This document shows positions 49,131 to 62,599 of a DNA stretch of 64,000 nucleotides, one piece after another (positions within the stretch are counted from its first letter, which is position 1; every line of letters starts with the position of its first letter). The stretch comes from Glaucostegus cemiculus (Eukaryota). The DNA is taken from contig CDPCPM010000106.1 of assembly GCA_976551045.1 (NCBI GenBank), forward strand, positions 22,382,001 to 22,446,000. The letters run 5' to 3'. Position numbers and translations under genes: made by a program. The notes under the pieces were generated by a model. That model ran no database searches. It was given only the letters and a program-made list of their open reading frames with translations, and was not told the origin of the DNA.

Positions 49131-52100
49131 TCAGCTTGATTCATTGCTGAATTGTATACCTAACAGTTACCGTGCACTTTTATTTATTTCATTTAAATCT
49201 CCATATGTTTTGTTATCCAGAGGGCTCACAATTTGACTTCCTTTTTTATCCATTTGTGGAAATATATACAGTCTATACCTTTTATTTATTTTTGAAGACC
49301 TTGTATTGTTCATTTAGTTTTACCTTACAGGCTTTGCTTGATTCATGTGGGCCAGATGCCTTTGTAACTTACTGGAATTATTTTGTATGTGAGGTGGAAG
49401 CAGACTATTTGGCCCGTTGAGTCTGTACTGCCTATAATGGCTTTTGGCACATTCTCATCAGTCCCATTTCCCCACTTTTTCAAAGTAGTCCTTTTTCAAT
49501 TGAGTCTTTAAACCTTGGGTATTTTTCATGCCCTTTTCCATAATTGCTATAAATTGGATAAAACTGTGATCACTGTTTTCTAAATGCTGTCACACTGCAA
49601 CATTCACTACCTGCCCCATTGCATTTTTTCAGAACTAGATCCAGCACTGTCTCAGACTTGATCCAAATGTTAGGGACATCATTGCCTTTCAGAGCTTAGG
49701 CGTTTGTGGTTTTCAGTGCTGAAGTTATACTCTTGACATCACATTAATAAAAAAAAAAATATTTGAGTCAAAATGGTTTTTGTATCCATTAGATAATCTG
49801 CTAGCTAGCTTTCCATTCTGCAGCAGATGGGCTGATTGCTACAAGTTTTCCACTTTTGGACCCTGACCAAAATAGTTTTGGCAAAAGCTGCAAGGTTTAA
49901 GAAGGGCCCCTTTACACTTCACTTGTCAGGGTCCTAGGTGATACTTATGACACAGATACAACATAGCAAATTATTCTCTCAGAAGAATGCAACATGCTCT
50001 GAAAATTTTCAGAAGAAAAATTGTACCTAACACCCAAATAAAAATTCTCACTTATCAAGCATTCAGTTCACTTGGAAGGAAATACTAATTTAAATTAATG
50101 GAGCAGTAACTTGTTTTAGGAATGCATTCAGGCTATGTTTAAAAGCTTGGCCATCACAATCAACCTGCAAGAAAACTTCTTTAAAGAACATGTCTGGGAA
50201 AAATATATTGAAAATTACCATAAAACCAATTGCCATGAAAGTATATTTTCTTCTGCAGCCCATGCTGTTGGACAACGACTTCTGAAAAATAAACTAGGGC
50301 TTTAACTGCACTACTCTTTATATTTCTGTTGAGGAGGCAGCCAGTAGATTTTTAATAAGACCACAGGCTGCATCTAGCACCTCCTTCTATCCATTGTCAA
50401 CACTCAGTGTGCACTGGAAAATCTGATGTGGGGAGAAGCGTTGCAACTAATATTTGTGGTTGAAAAGTGGATATCTCATCATTTTGAGAAACAGGGTGAG
50501 CAAGACTCTTCCCACATATTACTGGGATTTTCCAAGTTTCAAGTAGTTATTTTGTAGATAGTCATTTCTTCTAATAAACATTAATGTAAAAATTTGTTTT
50601 CACAAGAAATGCAGAAGCTTTTTTACTCCACAAGATATTAAAGTTTCATGTCTCTTTTCTTTTGCAACAAATATGAAAAAATATATTTCAGAATATTACT
50701 ACACACAGGAGAAAAGTAACTGTCTCCGCATCTCAAAGAGGGAAAAAGAAGGGGTTTAATTAATGTTGTTACCCTCCCCTAACTTTTCAGGATCTGATTT
50801 TGTCTTTGTACATAATAAACATTGTATAAATAGGTTGTTCTTAGAAAGAATAATACTAAATTTGTATGGCAGTTTCTGAAAAGTTTGATCTTCCTGTCCA
50901 GAATATTTGATGATGGCTGTTGTACACCACCCATGCCATGGGCTGAAGATACAAATTATTGTTACATTCTTTGGGTCTATCTTATTCTTAGGGGAATGGG
51001 GATGGTTTCAGGGGTGCTCATCACTGCCATAAGTCATTTCTGTTCAGAATACTCCCCTGCTGCCCAGTATTTAATAATGTGGTAATACACTAGCAAACAC
51101 ACAATAAGACCACCTTTAGATCGAAGTTACATCATGTCTTTCGTCCACATGCTTTTCTCACAAACCTGCAATAACTTGGTGAGTGGATTGATAAAACTTT
51201 ATGAAGAAAAGAACAGTTTTTCTTTCATGCAGCAAATTAAATTACAGAGAATTTTCTAGGGAATGGTCAGCAATTCTTTACATGGCTAGTAGCTTTATCT
51301 TGCGTAAGTGCTAAATAGTTTGGGATTCCTGCATAGTACACCCAAACTGCTGTTTGCCAAGGAATCTTCCATTACACTCAAATGCTGAACTCCCCATAGA
51401 GTACAGCAGCAGAACATATTGTTTTGGCAACTCTCCACCACATAACGGTGGGGAATCCACTTGCGCAACCTGCACCAGCTTGGACCTTGTACAGGAACAG
51501 TGTCTCAGTTCATCTGAATGGAAAGGTATACCTGTGAAAGGAGTAAGTTATCCATTGGTTCATTTGAACTTGAGTTATTTTAGATTATGTAAATATTCTT
51601 AAATTTTAATTTAAAATGTCCTAAAGCTGGGTATTTTTATGGCTTCTGCATATTTGTGAATGTGAATATTTTGAAGCTCCAGCAGCCAGGTGCATAACTT
51701 TACTAGCGGTCAAAGTTTTTATTAGCTGTTTGCTAACTAGGGTCTTGTTCTGTTCCTCCCTTGTGAGGCCATCATTAAGTCCCATACTTATCCAACTCAC
51801 TTTTTTCTCCTTGTGTACAGGCAAAATAATAGTATGCCGACTCTTTTTAGCTCTCTAAATCTCTGCTGATCAAGCAGCATCTCACTACCTTTTCTCTGGC
51901 TATTATCCTTTCAGCTACATATTGCTTGTTTGTGTATAAAATACAGTATCAATTTGTAGGGGAATTAAGAGCAAGTTATTAACAATCTGAATTTTAAAAG
52001 ATATCTGACATATTTTCCTGACATTTTTGTAATTGCCTTTTACTTGGGGCCTAACCAATCCTGAAACTGTGATTACAAAAGCTAGAATTGGCCTTATTAA

Positions 52101-55100
52101 TAACTCTCCATGATTCTGTTGACACAGTAGCTTACAGCATTGATAGAGACCATTTGATCCATTCTGCCATTGCTTGCTCTTGGTAGGAATAGTTTTATTT
52201 AGCCTACTTCCTTGCCTTGGATGTTTGTTATTAAGCAGCTGTCCAATTCCTTTTTAAAATTATTTATGGATCAGCTTCAACTACCTTTTAAGTTAAATAT
52301 TCTTGATCTTGATATCTATATTTCCTGTGAACTCAGTTTAGATCTCTCTGTTCCAAGGAAAGCTAAACTGGGCTAGAATACATTTTGAATCTGCATACAG
52401 CTGGGAACTTCCACTTGAACTAATATAGCTGCTTCAGGGAAGATTTGCCCTCGAGTGGTAATAGAGTTAATGCATACAAGTACTGCATATCTCTAATGAC
52501 CAGTGTTACATTGTTCTGCTAAAAGTGATCACCTGGGGCAGGAATTATGGTTGTCGGGCCCACCACTTACTACTCCCAGATAAAGGTTAACTTGCCTTGA
52601 AGGAGGAGCATCTTGAGGTCATTTAATTTCTTGAGAACCCAACAGCAGCCTCCCAGAAACAGACCTTTCAACTAAGGCAGGAGCTGACCTTCAATCTCTG
52701 CAGAAGGCCAGCTGTTAAGATGAGAATTGAAAACTAAGTATTTGCATTAGAAAAACTGTAGTAAAGCAAATGGTATTTGTGCATTGCTCATGAACTGATG
52801 TCACTGCCCAGTGTGTATTAATGTGTCATACACACAGATGACTACATAGCAATTTCTGTGGGCAAGTAATGTACCCATGGAGTTCCCAATTACTTTATAG
52901 AAATGGTTTCACATAAAATTCCATCACGTCATGAAAATGTTGACCTCTTGTTAGAATTTCTATACCCTGACCTTATCAGCCATTATTCATAACTGAAGAT
53001 TCTCATTCCAGGTAATATTTTGGTAAACCACCTCTCTCTTCAGTTTGTGCCATTTGTTTAAATGGGCATAAGAAATGTCTTCAAAGGTGCCATGCTAATA
53101 ATTATAGTATACATTTCAAATGAGAACTGTTAATGTTTTATTGAGATTCTTTAGCTGAAGGCATTGTTTGTATATAGCTTGGAAAAAAAAATGGATGATG
53201 CATATTACTGCAGACGCTTCCAGTTACCTGCAAGTAATTTAAATTGCACTAATTCCATTAATGAGCAGCTGGGCTGAGCTAGCTGGTTATTCTCTTTTAA
53301 AATAGCATGTAGAATCTGTCACCTGTCTTCAGCTATTTGTGTTCCTCCCCAATTCTTGTCATAGCAGTCAGTGTCTGGAGTTCTACAGCTCTACGCCTGT
53401 TGTCTCAGGACCCCTCCCTATTGAAGCATGGGCTTGAATATCATGGCTTTGCTATTTTTAAGAAATGATGCAGAGTAGAGAGCATTTAACAGCCGCCTTA
53501 ATGGGCTCTCAATTTTTTTTAAATTAAATGCACCCTTGATTAAAGTGATCTAAAACCTATGTTGCTTTCTCATTTTAATTGTGGGGTTTTCAGTTTACTG
53601 GCCTTATTTTTCTCATGACTTATTGCCCTTATCCTGCCCCTTTACTGCAGACATTCCCTGAAGAATGCTTCCACAGGTGTAATTGCTCTTCAGTGCCTTG
53701 TACCAGTGTAAGCCCCAGACAGTGATTGTGAGCAAGACACTGAAGCACATGGCACACTATAATCTTGACTAATTTGTCAATCTTGACTGACATCCATGTA
53801 CTTGTCCTCATTGTAGATCACTGAATAACTATGGTTTGGGCATCTTTATCTGTCTATTTTCCCTTCACTAAACCATGCAAGTCAAGCCCAGTTGTAGGTA
53901 CTTTGTCAATAGGTTGGATGACATCTGCTAGCTTATTTCTGAGCACAGATTAAGTTGGGACTTTCACAGACTATGTGATGCAGCTATTCAAAGCACTAAT
54001 AACTGAACTGAAAGGAAATCTTGCATTTGTGTTTTGTTTTCCAAAATGCAAACTTTAAAAATGTCTAGATTCCACAATAAATTATTGTTATTTTAAATAT
54101 CTAGTTTCACTTCATCAGTTAAACATTACCACTCAATTATATACTCAAGACAAATCTATCGTAATAACAATACATTTACATCAGACAATGTATAAAGCAG
54201 GTTGGAGATTTCAACAATCTCAATTCACAATTGATCAATAATGATTCCTTTTCCCATCTGAAAGGCAATCTTGAACTAATACAAACAATTGCAAAAGGCT
54301 TTTTGATCAAAAATAATGATGTGATTGAACTGGAAAAACGATTAATTTCATAATTTAATTTGGCCTCTATTTCTTGGTATTCACTGCTCGCCTAATCAAA
54401 GACTTAGTGCCGGAAGTGACAGTATTGCTTGTTAAAATAATTGCTGTATATAAACATGGCTCAGCTCTGTTACAAGTAAAATATTCCCTGTGTAACTTTG
54501 TCTTGAGAACGTGCTGCTGTATTAAAGGGGAAATAAATTAATAGTCAATTAAATGATTCACAAGAATAAATATTTCATTAACCTAGCCTTGGTTCATTAG
54601 GTATTAAGCATAGTTAGAAATTAATTAGAAAAGGATAACTTATTTTTTATGTTGCAATAGATAACATAACAACTTGTCATGAACAGACATCATCTTCAGA
54701 AGACATCAATCTGCCAACCATCTCAAAATTGCAGTCATAAGCATTATCCTACTACAATTAGTCCTTTTTCAAATAATCTGTTATTTTACATAACAAGTTT
54801 GTAACTTGTGTGGCTTCCAACAGAACATTTTATAATGTGTTACATTTCCTCATTATGTTTCATTATTTATGGCATAGAAATGTGTTTTAAATCACTGTAC
54901 TTGCTAATAGTGTCACAAATATTCAACTGAAGAACAGTACACAAGAGCTATATCAGTTTATAAATAGAAATGTTGTGAAAATGACTGCCTTGACATGTTG
55001 ATGCAGTACAGGAGTGGTATTCTAGTTTCAAATGCAACTTCATAGCAGCAGTAACTATTGTTGTGTGAAGTTGTTCAGCGATGCATTCAGACAGCATTAT

Positions 55101-56069
55101 CAGTGACCAGCCATCCATGAGGCACCATGAGGGTTGAGGTTAAACTATCAACATTTGCTATATTGTGGTGTCTCTTCTCATAAACTTTGCAGGGCAGAGG
55201 ATTAGACTGCTTTGGCAGTCTCCTTGGATGGGTTGTTTCCAAGTAGTAATGTTTCTTCAGATCATTCCAGTCATCTGCTAAATACTTGTATATTTATTTA
55301 AGATGTTCCACAATAAAGGTTTCTGCACATGGGCTTTGGCATATTTTAGTTCTTCAATCTTCATAAGGGTATATCTGAATGCATGTTAAAGTCCCCAATC
55401 AAATGGCATGCATCCAACTGCCATCTTAGATATTTATTACAAATATATATAAAACATTGTAATGTCATTTCTAGAATCCCAAAGGTTCAAACTTGGCCCT
55501 CTCTTCTGTATTGTATATGTATTCTTATTTTAGGTGCTCAGCTTTTATATTTCTAATGAAAAATGCTCCTGAATAATACCTGGTGAACTCTGATCCTGAC
55601 CTTGGATAAAGGTTGTATGTTCTCCCTTTGAGCATAGAGTGGAGATTGGTAATAGATACAAATGGTTGGTCTTAATCTTTGAAAAAGAATGGATTGGAAA
55701 CGTGGCTGTATTAAGACTATGTAATGTAGCAGGGAGATGAAGTTAATGTTTATAGTACAGAACGTGCACTAATGGCTATGACTTAAGTCTTTCAGATGTT
55801 TAACTGGATGAAAGTACTCATGATTCAAGACTGGATGTCAGTCCGTTTCTTCAGACCACACCTTTATTACTTGGTAATATTCTTCAGTCACCTGCCCACC
55901 AACCCAGCCCAATCCCACAAATTTTTGTGATGACCCACAATTTTTCATATCCCTGCCCTCATCCTTCCTCAGGAGATATTGTGAGCTTCAAACCTTTAAA
56001 ATGTTTGGATTAGTATTCACTTCCTTCATGCATCTGACCACTCATTTGGTGCATTTATAGTGCTTAATA

Positions 56070-56405
56070 GTTCTAGAGTAATAGGGCATGGAAATGGTCC
56101 TTTGTCTTGCCAAGTTTGCACTGACCAGCAAGCACCCAGTTACACCAATCCTACACACATCCTAATTTATTCTCTGTACATTCCTATCCACCCAAATTCT
56201 ATCACTCACCTGCATACTAGGGGCAAATTACAGTGGCCAATTCACCAACCAAATTGTACCGGAAACGAGAGCACTCGAAGGAAACCCATACAGTCATTGG
56301 GAAAGTGTGCAAACTCCATATAGACAGCACCATGGTCAAGATCGAAGCCAGGTTGCTGGAGCTTTGAGCCAACATTTCTACTAACTACATGCTGCTATGC
56401 AGCAC
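56070..56405 (-). mobile_element. V-SINE (HE1-like)
   Basis: ggggcaaattacagtggccaatt..gaggaaaccca..gtgcaaactcca.tagacagcacc..ggtcaagatcgaa..ctggagct. Confidence 0.8.
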
Positions 56406-59259
56406 CAGTTCTGTTTTAGATCTTATCCCAGTATTTTTCCATGTTTGCCCATGCACACAAAGGGAAAATGAAATCTCCAGGGCTGAAATGTTCATTGTGG
56501 TTTGGAATTTATTTGCTATTTCACCTGTTCTAAATCATGATTAGGGTAGATTTTTGATAACTGCTCATACTGAATGAGGGAGTTGACTTTAAGTTGTGTT
56601 TTTAAAACTATGTGGTTAAATTATTACAATTTTGCTGTTGAAGTGGAGAGAGCAACTCTTACTTTCGATTACCCCGACATGATGTAATGTTTACCAGTCT
56701 GAGGGAACACTGAAGTATAACAGTCACTCAAATAAGCAACTATGATTTCAAAGTGAGCGCTGCAGGTGATGTGTCTCAGTTTACCAATTACTGTGTGTGA
56801 GTGGAAGGTGGAATTTTAACATCAAGAAATGTAACCTTTCATTCAGGTTTTCTGCAGGATTTCATCATCTGATATTGTAATAGTTCATAAAATAGATCCA
56901 CAAAAATTTAAGGTGGAAGTTTGGGACACACTTCTGTACACTCCTCTCTGGTTCTCCTATCAGAAACGTCTGTGTACTGTACTAAGAAGACACTGAAATT
57001 CTTGTAGGTGAACAAGATGCAGAAACATTCTGCATCCAGTATATTTAGCACTGCTGAAAGGCAGCAGATTCTTTTCGATGATATATAAACTGGGAATTTA
57101 AAATAGGAACAGGGTTTATGAAAAATCAGAATAGCACTACAGTCTGGGATAGGAGTTCTAATTAGGCGGTACCTCCAGATTCATTTTTGTCACTATTATT
57201 GCTGTGCTAATATCTCACTGTTCTAGTGTTCAGGAAAAAAACAGCAAGACAATGCAACATCACTAATCATTTGAACTATCACTAAAAGAGAGCATTTATA
57301 ATTGAAGTAGCTTATGGCTTTGGTTTCTGAACCCTAGACAGGTCAGTGAAAGATTAACTCACCATTTTAAACCTCTTTATAGAGGCATTGCGCAGAATCA
57401 CATTCAGCCTATAAGCATCTGATACCTAACTTTTTATAGATTGGCTGCTGTGGTTAGAAATAGCAATGCAAAGTATTTTTTTACATCATGAATCAGAAAA
57501 TACATACCCATCAGATTTTTCAAGAGCACCTTAAAATATGAAATTCTGACTGACTGCCATTGCTTAAAATATAATACATTTCTTTGATGTGCTCATTGCA
57601 CTGTTTTTGATGCTTCATTGAGCGATGATGTTGACTAACTGTTGAAAGGCTTCAGTTTGTTTTATAATACATCAGACGCTTCCCATGATCAGCAGTTCCC
57701 CATGTTGTTATTACTCGGTGCAACTCATTTCCACTGCATAATGTAGAGTTTGCAGCTGAAGGAGAACTGCTCAAACAGAAACTGTTCCCAATTTAACCAT
57801 TTTGCTTTTATCATACAATTAATCCAGTGATGATCTTTATTTGTATATAAACTTGTGCATATCTGAGCCTGGTGGTAATAATCACCTCAAAATATTATCC
57901 TTTAAAGATAGTCTTGATACAGAAAAGTGACCAACAGTTTTTACAGACCAATATTTATAAGATTAATTATGGATGACATTTACTCAGCACATTCAAAATG
58001 CCATTGCTGTTTCAGTGCTGTGTGTAATACAAGTCATATTGACTGAGTTGAAATTAGCATTTAGAAACTAACTTGCTGCTGTCCCAACTTTTCAAATACT
58101 CGGCATGTATGACTTAACAGTCCAATTTTTAAATGTGTCAATAATCTCCTTTTGAGAACATCATGTTATAGAATAAACATGGATATGATAGCTTTTCTGC
58201 ATTTAAGGTTCTTCTGAATACACAGAACTATCTGGTTGTAGAATGTGCTAAAAGCAAGGCAAATTCTGATCTCATCATTTGTGCACCTGGTTTCACTGCT
58301 TATGGTGAACAAATTAATGACTTTTTGCATGGCTGCTTCTAAAGTTAATTACAAGGTTATAATATATTAGTCTCTACTAAAATACATTTTTAGAGTAGTG
58401 TTCTTCTAAAGATAGTTTCTTATATTTAAAATTCTTTAAGTTTAAAGTGCATCAATAAATGGTGGTTTTGAGGCAATGTGCTGCTGCAATTTGGAGCCAG
58501 CTATTAATAAGTTACGGTGCCAAGGTGTACTCTTGTTGACCTTTCCTCAAGTCTTGGTGTTAATGTGTTATTCTGCATGACAGACTCTGCCTGCTTAGGA
58601 GTCCAATATCCCCACCCCCTCTTGGTGGATTAAATTACCAACTGGCAGACAAAAAAGCAATGATGTGGTATTCTAATTTCCATGAAACTGTTGAAAATTC
58701 TTGAATCCAGATATGGTAACATTAGTGTGCACTTCGAACCAGGGAGGTAACTGCATTGAAGAACGCAGATTGCAACATGTCAAACCACTAATAAGCAGAG
58801 TAGAAAGATCAAGAGAACATAGTGAAAATATTGAACAAACATTGTTGTAAATTAAGTTTAAAATGGATTATTTTCTTCATTGAAAAACTTGCTAGCAGTG
58901 GTTTATATGTCCCAATAAATATTTTTTTTTGTTTTTATTGCCAAAAACCTATCAAGTCATTAGTTGGATGGTCCTTTTCAAAATCTCACCCAGTATACTG
59001 TTAGGAAAGAGTTATCTGTATTTCATTCAATAACTTAGTATAGCACCAAACAATGCAGGTGCAAAAGGACTGAGATCATATCCCATTGATTATCTTGGGG
59101 GCATCACTTGACACTGCAATTAGCTTTAAATCCTTTGGAAAATAAACATTTGCTGTGCTTCCCAGTTCTTCTGTAGCAACCCCTCTTGATTGAGGATGAC
59201 TTAATTCTACTTTGGCCTCATTAGCCACCTCAGAACCCACAATATGGGATCCACAGACT

Positions 59260-59720
59260 CTTCTACAGATGGGGTAGTTCAAGGCCAACAGGATAGGCAA
59301 GTGATTGGGTGGGTGGTTTGTAAGGTAATCTGTTCCTCCTTCCTCTGTGTATTCTCACTGCGTGTCCATGAGGTTCTCAGTACTATCCAATTACTACTCC
59401 TACACTGTGAGAATCTGTTGCCAAGAGATTCCCAGGAATCAGTGGAAATGTTGCATTTATTGAAGGAGGCTTTGAGGACATCTATGAATTGTTTCCTCTG
59501 CCTACCTTGTAATTTCTTTCCATGGAATAGGGTATCTGTTTCAGAAGTGTAATGTCAGAATGCAAACAGCATGGCCTACCTAACCTAACCATCTGAGTGT
59601 AAATAGGGCTTCAGTATGTGTGTGTGTGTGTTGCCTCAGTACCATGGGTGTTGGTCTGGGAGAAGAAGACTGATATTGATCTGCTTGTACTTCCAGTGAA
59701 TTTGGAGGATTTTGCAGTGA
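59260..59720 (-). mobile_element. RTE-type LINE 3' fragment
   Basis: The minus strand of about 59400-59510 reads GRQRKQFIDVLKASFNKCNISTDSWESL, like an RTE ORF C-terminus. Confidence 0.6.
59617..59631. repeat. (TG)n microsatellite
   Basis: tgtgtgtgtgtgtgt. Confidence 0.7.
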
Positions 59721-62599
59721 CACTGTAGTAGTAAGTTATCCAGGTCTCAGGAATGTAGGAGGGCAGAAATCACTGACATACCATTCCTGATCCAGTGACT
59801 TCTGCCTGATGGTATGTAGCAATACGGGACCCAAGTGTCAATGAAATTAGAGAGCCAAGAGAGATGCGGAGTATCTAAAATGGAAACTAAAAAGCTTCAA
59901 AGATATTTATTAGTCTTAAACAAATTAGCAGTATCTTTTGGCAGCAACATAAAAATACAATTCTATGCAATGTATCTTCTGAAGGGTCTTTAAAATTACT
60001 CTCAGACATACTATATAGCTATTAATTTTTCTGTTGTTTGATATTCTACCTTAATTGACACATCTGAAATTTAAATTGGGCAATTATGCTTGCTTTGGAG
60101 ATCAAAGCCTGAAGTTAGGACCAGGTAATAAGATATTTCTACCTAGAAGGGGACAAGACTCAGACCTCTCCTGTTTCCTCTGTATCTGTGGATAAACTCC
60201 ATGTTCTGTGCTGACCAACCAAATCTTCCACCTGTTACGTTAAACTGAGCACACTCTAGTTGAGGAAGGGTTAGATGGGAGTTCGCGGAGGGAAAAAGCA
60301 GCAGCTTACCAAAATAGAAGAGTAATAGAACAGATAATTAATAAATATTGCTTTCTATTTCTTGTCCTCCTTGTTCTTAAGTGCAAAAACTGTACTTTTA
60401 CACCACCTTAGGACTACAGTTACAGCTGTTATTGCCAGTGGCGATTTTGTGTTAGCTCATTTTTGGAAAAAAACCCATATAAGTTGCGATGCAAAATCAG
60501 AACAATTTACCGTATTCTCTGCTTTGGTCATCAGGTAGGTGTGTGTGTAGTGTACCCAGCCTGGATATATTGCAGTCATGAACAGTAATGCTCCCCAGTT
60601 CTTTTCAGCATTTTTCAGCCAGGGCTCCAGTTTCTGATGAACACACTTCCTGCATCACTGTGAATCCTTCACCTTTTCCCATGTTAGCCACACTGTGGCC
60701 TTTTCATGTGAGGTTGCCAAATAGCATTTTGTTTTGCAACCTTTATCCACATGTGGTACTAATAAAAACAGATGTCAGTTTTTCTTTTTCTTTAAATTTT
60801 TATTAATACAAATCAAATATCAGAATGTGAAGGGGCGGTGTGGTAATCCACTTGGCCTCCAGTTCCTTTTATTAATCATTTTGCATTTCAGTTTTCTTTA
60901 ACAGTGACTGGAATTGTTCAGAGATGAAAGATGTTCGCAAATTTAAAAATGACCTACTTTTATTGGGGTACAATAAAGTATGTTCCATAAAAGGCAAGCT
61001 TAATTTTTAAATTTGGATTAACTTTATCCAAGAAAATAAAAATACTTAATAGCAATTGAACTAGCAGAAGAAAATAAAAGGAAAACAAAGGTAAAAGCAG
61101 ATTCAAAACAGCACAAAGGTGCAGATAGGGGAGCTGGGAGGAATCAAGGAAATAAGATTAGTTCTTTTGATCTATTGACGAAATTGACACAGTTTCCTAT
61201 GCACATTTGTTCAAATCCATTAAGTAATAAAAGAACTGTGGATTGTATAATTCGTATCATCATCAATCATTGTGATACCAGTTTATTATTTATCTATGTT
61301 GCTTGGATAATCATCTGGAAAGAGACTTTGGTACACATTTTTTCCATATTTTACTTTAATTCTTTGACACAGTATAGAGACTGGAGCTCCTCAGTACTCT
61401 TAAATGCAACCAGAACAGGAACTTAAGCAAGTTTAGCATAGCTCTGTTTTGTTACCCTGTTAGTTAATTTGCTGATCATATTGCTTATAAACATTTATTC
61501 ACCTGTACTTTGATTCTATCACAACATTTGTAAAACAGCACTGCAATGAAGCTTGCAGACTGGGTTAGCCATAAAAGGATTAATTTTAATCCCCTTGATT
61601 TAATCAGTGAATAATTTGTAATCTAAGGATTTCTATAGGAATGACTACGCACAGCAAAAGAGCAAATGTTTTCATTTGGAAAAATTACTATCAATGTAGT
61701 ACTGTACTCTCATAAATGTAAACATTTGATTTTGTGGGAAAATCTTAGTGACTGCAAACTATTGTATTAAATTGCTGTTGAAGTGCAGGCCCTGAGCTGA
61801 CTGTAAATACTGAGCATTTATGCCCCGCTTCCAAAAGCGGGGTTTTGAGAATGTGCTCATAACCAAAGAAGTGTTTGAAAAGATAAAGAATATATTGTGA
61901 CTTTGAATAATATTATTTCATGAACTCCACTGGGTACAGACAATTATCATATTTGAATTTCCATAGGTTCTGCACAAACTTTTTGATTAAGTTGTAAAAG
62001 AATATATGAGGGAATGTTTTTAAACTGGTGGATTGATTGCTGTTTATCCTCAGCACTGTGGTTGTATCATTGTAAGAGGATGAGAGAAGCAAAACAAGGA
62101 AGCCAAAGCAGGAATTGGAGAGGCACCCAGGATGTGACAAAACAGAAAAGGAATTTGAGCTAATTAGTGTTTCCATGGCAAGACTGTACTGAAAAGGATG
62201 CACATATTTTCCCTTAAAATTCTTACATTACATTGGCTGAACTTGTCTTATTGAAAACTCTTTTGCATTGCACATAGGATTTATTTTTGTTAATTAAAAG
62301 GATTGTTTTGTTGAATTCAAGAGTCACCTTGTTAAATAATTTAATATTCTATAAAATCCCTGATGAGCCAACATAAATATTTATCATAAGATTATGTAAC
62401 CATTCACAGTAGGATTTTGTAAATAAAGCAATTTGTAAGAAGTTTAAAGAAGTGTAAAAGGTTTAAGATCAAATATCTTTATTAGTTTGCTTTTAAATTA
62501 AAAGCAAGTTTATATCATTTTTCAATGCTAAATTAAATACATGGTGTGGAATTTTCAAATTTTTAATTCTTTTAAATCTTATATTTTGATTTGGAATGA

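Noticed and set aside
61823-61846. Rho-independent terminator-like hairpin with T-run
   Set aside because: The context is a vertebrate intron, so a bacterial terminator interpretation is not applicable.
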